Source: Planctomycetaceae bacterium (lineage in GTDB: Bacteria; Planctomycetota; Planctomycetia; Pirellulales; Pirellulaceae). Taken from it: a DNA stretch of 46,999 nt. The stretch covers positions 1 through 46,999 of the forward strand of contig REEF01000690.1 in NCBI GenBank assembly GCA_007695205.1, read 5' to 3'. The notes below the pieces were generated by a model. It worked only from the letters and a program-made list of their open reading frames with translations. It did no database searches and had not been told where the DNA came from. Position numbers and translations under genes: made by a program. Below, piece after piece: positions 1 to 7,387 of this stretch; the first letter of the stretch is position 1, and each line of letters opens with the position of its first letter.

Positions 1-148
1 AAGTGACGACGAGCCAACGACTTAGCGATTGCCGAGCAGCCAAACCTGGCGCTGTCCAGTTAGGGAAATGGGGAAACCGGGGTCGAGCGATAGCATGAGC
101 GAGATTTGGCCGTTCGCGGCACCAACAGCGACTGAAAGTCGCCCCCAC

Positions 149-742
149 TTATTTTTCGTCCGTTGCTTGTTCGGTAAAGATGACTTTGTCGTAGACTTCG
201 GTTGCGGTGAGCTGGCTTTCAATTGACGCCAGTTCCACCTTGCCATCTAAACCCTGGCAACTCGTCAAACGCCAATCTCCTTCGGGACTGCGTGTGAAGC
301 AATCGATTGAATGTCGGTCTTGGGCGATCAAAACGTAGTGCATCAGGCTGGGGATCGTTCGATAATGTTCGAACCTCTTGCCGCGGTCGTAGGCCTCGGT
401 GGAATCCGAAAGGACTTCGACGAGCACGACTGGGTTGAGCAGTACATCGCCCGCATCGGATTCGAGTTGTGGATCACCGCAAACGATCGACACGTCTGGG
501 TAGGTGTACAACCCCGTCGCTTCGACTCGAAGCTTCAAGTCACTCGGGTAGACGCGGCAAGGTTTCTTCTTGAGCTGTTGGCCGAGGGTCTGGATGCAGT
601 TGCCCACGATCAAATTGTGATTGGCCGAGGCGCCGGCCATGGCGAACGTCTCGCCTCGAAAGTACTCCGACCGAAATTCGGCCTTCCGCTCGCGATGGAG
701 GTATTCTTCGGGGGTGATGTACGGTTGGGGGACAGTCGACAT
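149..742 (-). CDS. Uma2 family endonuclease (DUF820, restriction-endonuclease-like)
   Basis: Distal 197 codons of ORF 149..1021. The ATG at 742 gives MSTVPQPYITPEEYLHRERKAEFRSEYFRGE.., followed by YPDVSIVCG and LLNPVVLVEVLSDSTEAYDRGKRFEHY, a pattern I associate with Uma2/DUF820. The 93 upstream codons are Arg-rich and look non-coding. Confidence 0.7.
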   Translation of the reverse strand: MSTVPQPYITPEEYLHRERKAEFRSEYFRGETFAMAGASANHNLIVGNCIQTLGQQLKKKPCRVYPSDLKLRVEATGLYTYPDVSIVCGDPQLESDAGDVLLNPVVLVEVLSDSTEAYDRGKRFEHYRTIPSLMHYVLIAQDRHSIDCFTRSPEGDWRLTSCQGLDGKVELASIESQLTATEVYDKVIFTEQATDEK

Positions 743-1527
743 GGGGCACGTTCCTGAAACGGGCAGAACGGATTTTCGATGTTGAGATTGTAACCGAAAA
801 TCGGCGCGTATGGCCCCCGTTTGGCATTCTCCACCTGTTAACCCAAGCACGCTCGGTTGACGTTCGTCTCGGAGAGTCAGAAGCATCCGGTGAATGAACT
901 TATAGAGCGGCCAAACCGCGAGAGTGCGATAGTTTCGGCGAGATTTAGCCGATCGCGGCCCGTTAATCGCAGCCACGGCCGGGCACCGAAAACGACGCGA
1001 GAGTCTCGAAGCTGCGTTCACCCCGCAAAAAACCGGCGTTTTTCACGGTACGAGCGACGCCGGCCGCCCCAGCAGCGAGAGCGAACCGGTGTGGCGTGAC
1101 GATTTCGCAGACGGAAAAGAGTACACCGAAAGCAACTCTCTTCGTAACGACTCTCGCTCACAGTCGCTTTGTGAAGTAGATACGACGGTCGATTGGCTTT
1201 TTTTAGCATTGTAGCGTCCCTATTTTGGTAGAAAACGTGGTAGTAAACCGTTTTCACGCTGCGCTGCCGGTCTCGACAGGTAATCACAACTTTTGATTCA
1301 GTCGTCACTTACATCAAGTCGGGGCAGCAAGACACAAATTGAGCTCTTTTTGGCTGGGCTGGCGGAGTACGACGGGGCGGCTATCAACCGGGCGGCTGGG
1401 GGTGAAATAATGAAGACATCCCCCAATGCTTCAACACCTTACGCGGCTTTGCCGTCATGTCGCTGTTCCGCTCGCTTCTGCTGGTCATCGCCGGTTCCAC
1501 ATGACGGGAACTGGCCCGGCAGGTCCG

Positions 1528-2385
1528 CTAAACGACTCCCAGACTCCTCAAATACTCGTAGCTGATGCGGATGCTATCCAGCGCTGAGCGGTCTTCGCAG
1601 TTTTGCTCAACGAGATACCACTCTGTACCCGCTTCAGCGGCAGCCGCGAGAACCGGTTTCCAGTCGATCGTGCCGCGTCCCAATTCGGTATTCTGCGTCT
1701 TTTCGCCGGGCTTCGACTTTTCCTTGAGATGGACTCGTTTCAGACGGCCGGAGAATTTTCGCAGTAAGGCCGCCGGGTCGCGCCCCACATCCGCCACGAA
1801 AAAGACGTCGATCTCGGCGCCCAACCATTGCGCGTCGATCGTGCCGAAGATCTGATCGAACACCTCGACGTCGCCGACGCGGGTCGTGAACTCGAACGCA
1901 TGATTGTGGTAAAGCACTTCGAATCCGGCCTCCCGTCCGGTGCGGGCCACGTGGCGAATATCGTCAATCGTCTTCTTCCAACCGTCCTGCGTTAGTCCGG
2001 CATAGTTGGGAATAAACGGAATGACGAGCGTGCGATTACCGACCGTTCGGTGATAATCGGCAAGGCGAGGAAAATCGTCGACCATATCTTTGAGATTGAC
2101 GTGGGCGCTCGCGATCTTGAGGCCGCAGTCGGACACGATCTTTTTCAACTCGACAGCAGCGGGCCATTTCTGGAACCAGAGTTCGACGCCCTGGTAACCG
2201 ATTGCGGCCACTTGCTTGAGCGTTCCGGCAATATCTTCGGACAGCTCTTTGCGCAGAGTCCAAAGTTGCACGCCGACCGGAATCTTCTTTTCGGTTGCGG
2301 CGGCCGGGGATGGCCAAGCGTAGGCGGCCACCAGCGACGACGAAGCGGCCAGGAATTTGCGACGACTTAAAGTCAGTGACGTCAT
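1528..2385 (-). CDS. Sugar phosphate isomerase/epimerase (xylose-isomerase-like TIM barrel) with TAT-type signal
   Basis: 285-aa ORF. The N-terminus LSRRKFLAASSSLVAAYA is a twin-arginine leader. The body has VELW.., LVIPFIP.., YHNHAFEF, VHLKE, typical of the AP-endonuclease-2/xylose-isomerase-like TIM family. Confidence 0.8.
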   Translation of the reverse strand: MTSLTLSRRKFLAASSSLVAAYAWPSPAAATEKKIPVGVQLWTLRKELSEDIAGTLKQVAAIGYQGVELWFQKWPAAVELKKIVSDCGLKIASAHVNLKDMVDDFPRLADYHRTVGNRTLVIPFIPNYAGLTQDGWKKTIDDIRHVARTGREAGFEVLYHNHAFEFTTRVGDVEVFDQIFGTIDAQWLGAEIDVFFVADVGRDPAALLRKFSGRLKRVHLKEKSKPGEKTQNTELGRGTIDWKPVLAAAAEAGTEWYLVEQNCEDRSALDSIRISYEYLRSLGVV

Positions 2386-2433
2386 GCGATGCTCCTTTGC
2401 GAAATGGTCCGATGCGATCGGTGCAGAGCCGAG

Positions 2434-3159
2434 TTAGTATCCCGCGACAGCAACAGTGCTCACGACTTCGATCGCCGAAAGGTTCAAACGTCGCCGGGCC
2501 TCGTCGAGCATTTCCTTCGTGCGACTCGCGCCGCAGCGGCTGACGCCCAACTCGCGGACCTGCAGCAATGCATCGAGATCTCGGATGCCGCCGGCGGCCT
2601 TCACTTGCACTTGTGCTGGCGAGTGCTTCCGCATCAGGGCCAAGTCTTCCATCGTCGCGCCACCGCTGCCGTAGCCGGTCGAGGTCTTGACCCAATCGAC
2701 ACCGAGTTCGCCGCAAATTTCGCAGAGAAGAATCTTGTGCTCGTACTTGAGATGGCTGTTCTCGAAGATCACCTTTACTTTCTGCCCGGCTGCGTGGGTC
2801 GCCTCGGTCACGACGCGAATGTCATTACGAACATAATCCCAGTTGCCGCTAAGCACTTGTGAGATGTTGACGACCATATCGAGCTCTTGGCCGCCGTCGG
2901 CAAGAGCTTGTTGCGTTTCAAACAGTTTGGTTGCGGTCGTGTGCCCGCCGTGCGGAAAGCCGATCGTCGTGCTCGCCTTGACCGTCGAACCGGCCAGCAA
3001 TTCAGCACACCGCTTTAGATAGTAAGGCATGATGCAGACGCTCGCGGCATCGTAAGCGACCGCTAGGCGGCATCCGGCTTCTAAATCGTCGACGGTCAGT
3101 GTCGGATTCAACAGCGAGTGATCGATCATCTTGGCGACGTCAAAATAGGTGAATGTCAT
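2434..3159 (-). CDS. deoC: Deoxyribose-phosphate aldolase
   Basis: The internal ATG at 3159 of ORF 2434..3342 gives MTFTYFDVAKMIDHSLLNP... Also present: TTIGFPHGG, ELDMVVNI, VKVIFEN, the active-site-type WVKTSTGYG, and VKAAGGIR. This is the short-type DeoC pattern. Confidence 0.85.
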   Translation of the reverse strand: MTFTYFDVAKMIDHSLLNPTLTVDDLEAGCRLAVAYDAASVCIMPYYLKRCAELLAGSTVKASTTIGFPHGGHTTATKLFETQQALADGGQELDMVVNISQVLSGNWDYVRNDIRVVTEATHAAGQKVKVIFENSHLKYEHKILLCEICGELGVDWVKTSTGYGSGGATMEDLALMRKHSPAQVQVKAAGGIRDLDALLQVRELGVSRCGASRTKEMLDEARRRLNLSAIEVVSTVAVAGY

Positions 3160-3223
3160 GTGTCTGCTTTCTGAAAAAGGTTTCGTGGTTATGACAGTGT
3201 TGATTAGCGTTCTGTGGGATGCG

Positions 3224-4189
3224 TTACCGAGACTCAAGCTCCTGGACGGCCAAGGCGACGGCTCCGCGAACTCCGGCATCGTCGCCAAGTTGCGATTTCT
3301 CAACGCGCACATCGTCGGCGGGGAACATACGGACGCGTTCACGAATGCCGCGACGAACCGGTTCCAGCAAGAGTTCGCCCATTTCTGCGACCCCGCCGGC
3401 GATGACGATCATCTCGGGATGCAACGCGGTCACGACGTTCGCCGCAGCGACGGACAGATACTCGGCCGTGCGCTCGACGATGGAGCGCGAGCCCGCATCA
3501 CCGGCCGCCGCGGCGTCGGCAATGGTTTGCGGAGAAATTCGATTTACGTCGCCGTCGACCAGTGCACGAAGACCGGGCGCCTGGCCGGAGAGCAGCAATC
3601 GCACTCCTTCCGCGGTGATCGCCGGACCACTGGCCAGGGCCTCCAGACAGCCGCGATTGCCGCAGCCGCATAGCGATCCGCCGGGGATGATCGTCTGATG
3701 TCCTAATTCGCCAGCCGCACCCAACGGCCCGAGGCGTAAGCGACCTTCAACCACCACACCGCCGCCGACACCTGTGCCCACAGCGAACATGGAAAAGGTG
3801 CGAACTGTTCGTCCATGGCCAAAAGCAAGTTCACCGAGCGTCGCGGTCCGACAATCGTTAAGCACTCCGATCGGGACGCAAAAACGACGACTCAGGACCT
3901 CGCGCACCGGCACATCGCGCCACTGCGTCGGCAAGTTCGGCAAGAATTTCGTCGCACCGCTCGCGAGATCGACGAGACCCGGTACGCCGACGCCGATCGA
4001 CTTCGGCGTCGAGCCGCAACGGCCCGACAGTCGTTCGATCAAGTCTCCGATTCTTTGCAGGACCGCTTTCGGCCCTTCGTGCGATTGCGTGGGGACGGTC
4101 TCTTCGGCAAGCATGCGACCGTCGCGAGTCGCTGCCAAGCCGCCGATTGACGTTCCCCCCAGATCGATTCCGGCAAACCATTCGCTCAC
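3224..4189 (-). CDS. ROK family sugar kinase (glucokinase-like)
   Basis: Motifs: [36 protein letters not shown], and the Zn motif [11 protein letters not shown]. The preferred start is GTG 4189, forming a GTGA overlap with the stop of the upstream gene. The ORF-track start at 4258 would overlap that gene by 72 nt. Confidence 0.8.
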   Translation of the reverse strand: MSEWFAGIDLGGTSIGGLAATRDGRMLAEETVPTQSHEGPKAVLQRIGDLIERLSGRCGSTPKSIGVGVPGLVDLASGATKFLPNLPTQWRDVPVREVLSRRFCVPIGVLNDCRTATLGELAFGHGRTVRTFSMFAVGTGVGGGVVVEGRLRLGPLGAAGELGHQTIIPGGSLCGCGNRGCLEALASGPAITAEGVRLLLSGQAPGLRALVDGDVNRISPQTIADAAAAGDAGSRSIVERTAEYLSVAAANVVTALHPEMIVIAGGVAEMGELLLEPVRRGIRERVRMFPADDVRVEKSQLGDDAGVRGAVALAVQELESR

Positions 4190-5349
4190 GTGCCTACCTC
4201 CACCCACCGGCCTTCGCGGGCGCTGCGCAAGACGGCCTCGCATAGCAGGACTTCGCAATGACCGTCGGCGAACGTAGGAAATGGCGGCGGCGCGGTGAAG
4301 TCACCGGCCGCAACGTAGCCGTAGAAACTCCGGAACAGTTGCTTGAACGTGTCGGGGAAACCTTCGTTATGGCCGCCCGGGTAGTTCGCTACGGCCCGCG
4401 CGGAGGCACTCATCAAAGCAGGATCGCGAATCAGCATTTCGTTCGGTCGGTCGCGATGGCCGATCCAGAGTTCATTTGGCGCCTCACTGTTCCAGGCAAA
4501 GGACTGCTGCGAACCGGCGATTTCGAACCGCAGGCAGTTCTTCCGACCGGCCGAAGTCTGTGAGACCCATAGGCACCCGTTTGCGCCACTATCGAAACGG
4601 AGCATCACGCAGCCGCAGTCGTCGGTCGTCACGGCGATCGGCTCCGTCTCGCGCGGAGCCGACCCTTTGCCGGAGAATGTTTCGACACCGCCGCGGGGAC
4701 GCTGTCGCGTAGCATGTACTGTTCTCAAATCGGCACAGACGGCGCTGACTTTACGGCCGACAATGAACTGCACCAGATCGAGCCAATGTGTGCCGATATC
4801 TGCCACTGCTCGCAAGTTGCCACCGTCTTCGGCCAACACGCGCCAGTTGAAGTCCTTATCGTACAGTAGCCAGTCTTGCACGTACGACCCGGTGACGTGC
4901 AGAACATTACCGAGCGAGCCATCGGCCACGCGGGCCGCAGCCTCGTGACACAGTGGATAGAAACGAATGTTGTACGCCACGCCTGCCGCACGGGCCGATT
5001 CGGCTGCGATCCGCACCAACTCGGCCGTCTCGGTGGATGTCATCGCGAGCGGCTTTTCGCACAGCACGTGCTTGCCGGCGCGCAGGACTGCAACCGCCTG
5101 CGCGAAATGCAAGCGATTCGGTGTTGCTAAATGCACGGAGTCGACCGCCGGATCGGCGAGCACGTCGTCGAGCGTCGCATAACCGCGCGGCAAACCAAGC
5201 TGCTCAGCGGCGGCCTGCGATTTGTCGGGGGACGAACCGACGATACCCGCCACATGCACGCCAGCGCGCCGCAAACCTTCGACATGCACCGGACCTATGA
5301 AACCCGTACCGACGACAACCGCCGAGAGTCGCTTTTCGCCCAGCGTCAT
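4186..5349 (-). CDS. Gfo/Idh/MocA family oxidoreductase (cytoplasmic, no signal peptide)
   Basis: N-terminal Rossmann motif [16 protein letters not shown], then HVLCEKPLA. 387 aa. Its ATG overlaps the GntR stop (ATGA at 5346-5349). Confidence 0.85.
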   Translation of the reverse strand: MTLGEKRLSAVVVGTGFIGPVHVEGLRRAGVHVAGIVGSSPDKSQAAAEQLGLPRGYATLDDVLADPAVDSVHLATPNRLHFAQAVAVLRAGKHVLCEKPLAMTSTETAELVRIAAESARAAGVAYNIRFYPLCHEAAARVADGSLGNVLHVTGSYVQDWLLYDKDFNWRVLAEDGGNLRAVADIGTHWLDLVQFIVGRKVSAVCADLRTVHATRQRPRGGVETFSGKGSAPRETEPIAVTTDDCGCVMLRFDSGANGCLWVSQTSAGRKNCLRFEIAGSQQSFAWNSEAPNELWIGHRDRPNEMLIRDPALMSASARAVANYPGGHNEGFPDTFKQLFRSFYGYVAAGDFTAPPPFPTFADGHCEVLLCEAVLRSAREGRWVEVGT

Positions 5350-6110
5350 CGCAGTTTTCCTCGCGCCGGCGTGGCCGACTGGATCGGGCCGAGTCGACTG
5401 TGGAACTCGTATTGGTCGCTACGATAGAGCGTTCGTTCCCACCACAGTGGACTGTTGCTGTCTAAGAAGCCCACCGACAACACTTCGAGCACAGGCGTGC
5501 TGGGCGAAGTTTGCAAATGACGCGCTTCGTCTTTGGTGGGCAGCACGGCTCGAATGATTTCGTTGGCACCGGCGATCACCAAGCCGTGCGTTTCGGTCCA
5601 GGCCCGGTATAACGAACCCTCGGCCTGGGATTTGGTTAACTTCGGGCAATGTTCATGAACCACATAGCGATGCTCCCAGATCACGGGCACGCCGTCGGCA
5701 AGCCGCAAGCGTTCCATTTCCCAAAGGCTGGCATCGCCGGTTCGTTCCAAGGCGGCTGCGATCTCGGTGTCGACTTCGGCGGCGGTGAGTTTGCCGAATG
5801 TGATGAGTTGCGTACTCGGCTTCTTTCCGGCGGCTCGGGCTTTTTCGGTGAAGCTCACGAGCGAGCGAACGTCGTAGTCGATCACGTCGCGCCGGACGAA
5901 GGTGCCGAGTCCCTTGCGGAATTCCAGAAAGCCTTCGGACACCAGACTGGCGAGCGACTTATTGGCCGTCGCGCGGCTGACCTGAAACTTCTCGGCGACT
6001 TCACGCTCGGTCAGAAACTGATCGCCCGAGCGATACTCCGTCGCCAGTGCTGCACGCAGCCGTTGATTGAGCTGTTGATAGACCGGACTGCGGACGAGGG
6101 ACGTATCCAT
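5346..6110 (-). CDS. GntR family transcriptional regulator, HutC subfamily (UTRA effector domain)
   Basis: The wHTH is [40 protein letters not shown]. The C-terminal UTRA-like region contains [17 protein letters not shown] and [11 protein letters not shown] 6110 is preferred over GTG 6140, which lies inside the palindrome at 6139-6157. Confidence 0.85.
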   Translation of the reverse strand: MDTSLVRSPVYQQLNQRLRAALATEYRSGDQFLTEREVAEKFQVSRATANKSLASLVSEGFLEFRKGLGTFVRRDVIDYDVRSLVSFTEKARAAGKKPSTQLITFGKLTAAEVDTEIAAALERTGDASLWEMERLRLADGVPVIWEHRYVVHEHCPKLTKSQAEGSLYRAWTETHGLVIAGANEIIRAVLPTKDEARHLQTSPSTPVLEVLSVGFLDSNSPLWWERTLYRSDQYEFHSRLGPIQSATPARGKLR

Positions 6111-6133
6111 GCTGGTAAAACTCTCCGTTATGA

Positions 6134-6162
6134 TTGACACAGTGGCTTAGCCACTGTAGCAT
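6134..6162 (+). promoter_or_regulatory. Sigma70-like promoter candidate TTGACA-17 nt-TAGCAT
   Basis: TTGACA at 6134-6139, an exact 17-nt spacer, then TAGCAT at 6157-6162. It faces the plus-strand array, whose first ATG is at 6282. Promoter rules for this phylum are poorly known. Confidence 0.3.
6139..6157. promoter_or_regulatory. Candidate GntR/HutC operator: perfect 9-1-9 palindrome ACAGTGGCT-T-AGCCACTGT
   Basis: Read directly from the sequence. It lies in the divergent region between the GntR gene and the plus-strand array, inside the promoter-like spacer. Confidence 0.45.
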
Positions 6163-6281
6163 AGTTCGATGGAATTTGCAATCCGGCCGTTCGTCGTCCT
6201 GCCTGCAGGCAGTCCAAGCCGACAACCGCATAAAGGCGAACTACAAGCGGAAGTTTGTCCCACGAGGACTTGGAGCGAGTT

Positions 6282-7241
6282 ATGAGCAGTTATCTTTGGT
6301 TCGCATTCTTCGTGCTGCTGGGCGTGCAGCAGGCGGCGTGGGCGTTGGAGATTCCGTTACATCCCGCCGAGGCGCGGATCGTCGAGCAGATCGTCGCTGT
6401 CGAGGGGCACTCGGTGGAAGCGGCTGAGGTTCCCGGTTGGGCCAGGGGCGGAGTCGTCAATCGCCTCAAGGAATTGGGTGTCGAGACTGTCGGACTAAAG
6501 TCCTGGGGAGTTCAAGGCACCGAGAACAAAGGGCTGTCGTTTGGTTGCATTTACGACTCCAGCGGTCGCGTGCTGGCGCTCCATGGCAACGGCCCCTGGC
6601 TGCGCGATGAGAGCCTGCGGGCTCTCAAGGGGATGCCGGAATTGCGCATCATCCGCTTCGATCATAACGGTTTCCTCAGAAATCACCCGTTGTCGCCTCT
6701 GTATAGCGGCGCGGGATTCGATGCCTTGTCGGACTCCAAGCTCGTCGAGATCAAGTTGACGCTGGGCATCAACGATGCGGGAGTGGAGCAAGCCGCGAAG
6801 ATCAAGGGGCTGAAATCGTTCACCGTTGTGCACTCGCAGGTGAGTGAAGCAGCGGTGAAATTATTCGAAGGCCACCCGAATCTGGAATCGTTCACGGTGG
6901 CAGAGTTTGGCAACGTCTCGCAGGCGGCGCTGGCATCGATCGCGAAGATGCCGAAAGTGACGCACGTCGGCTTTCAAGAGGCGTTCGTCACTTATGAGGG
7001 CGGATTCCAGCATCTGTTGCCGATGAGAGGCCGCCTAAAGACCCTGGACCTTTCGATGAGTGTCGTCAACGCCGACGATCTGAAACGAGTGCAAGCTGAT
7101 CACCCCGATGCGAAGATCACCACGATTCCTCCCGCCGAGATCGTGAAGCGGCATAGCGGTGTCGCGCATAGTCTCGCACGCATCGCCACGGGCGAAGCCG
7201 CCGAGGAACTGAAGAAGGCCATCGAAATGGCGAAGCAATGA
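6282..7241 (+). CDS. Secreted leucine-rich-repeat-like protein (hypothetical)
   Basis: ATG 6282 gives the signal-like MSSYLWFAFFVLLGVQQAAWA. The body has repeated L..L..L/..I segments (LRALKGMPELRIIRF, KLVEIKLTLG, LKSFTVVHS, LESFTVAEF, LKTLDLSMS). A paralog is at 12733 and a relic at 13851. Confidence 0.6.
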   Translation: MSSYLWFAFFVLLGVQQAAWALEIPLHPAEARIVEQIVAVEGHSVEAAEVPGWARGGVVNRLKELGVETVGLKSWGVQGTENKGLSFGCIYDSSGRVLALHGNGPWLRDESLRALKGMPELRIIRFDHNGFLRNHPLSPLYSGAGFDALSDSKLVEIKLTLGINDAGVEQAAKIKGLKSFTVVHSQVSEAAVKLFEGHPNLESFTVAEFGNVSQAALASIAKMPKVTHVGFQEAFVTYEGGFQHLLPMRGRLKTLDLSMSVVNADDLKRVQADHPDAKITTIPPAEIVKRHSGVAHSLARIATGEAAEELKKAIEMAKQ

Positions 7242-7278
7242 TTTACGCCAGTGCAAGAGTTTTGTTTTCGTTTAACGG

Positions 7279-7330
7279 CAAGCCGGAGGCGACAGTGATC
7301 ATCACCAAACAAACCGTCGCCTGCGGCTTG
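7279..7330. repeat. Imperfect inverted repeat (15-nt arms, 14/15 complementary, 22-nt loop)
   Basis: CAAGCCGGAGGCGAC (7279-7293) pairs with GTCGCCTGCGGCTTG (7316-7330), upstream of the signal-peptide region of the first DUF1592-type gene. Confidence 0.6.
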
Positions 7331-7387
7331 GGGTATGGCGAGCGGCAGAGAAGAAAACACCGGGCAGCTCGCGCTGCACCGCTACCA

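Noticed and set aside
128-142. Hairpin GCGACT-GAA-AGTCGC just past the Uma2 stop, considered as a rho-independent terminator.
   Set aside because: The stem is only 6 bp, and on the minus strand it is not followed by a T-run. The T-run on the plus strand is separated by 9 nt and no plus-strand gene ends there. I found no convincing intrinsic terminator anywhere in the window.
7238-7387. ATG 7238 (ATGA overlap with the LRR gene stop) as the true start of DUF1592 paralog 1.
   Set aside because: Not excluded, but it would place about 60 residues, encoded by an inverted repeat (7279-7330) and a family-A unit, in front of the signal peptide, which is incompatible with normal Sec targeting. An open frame of that length is not improbable by chance in GC-rich DNA.
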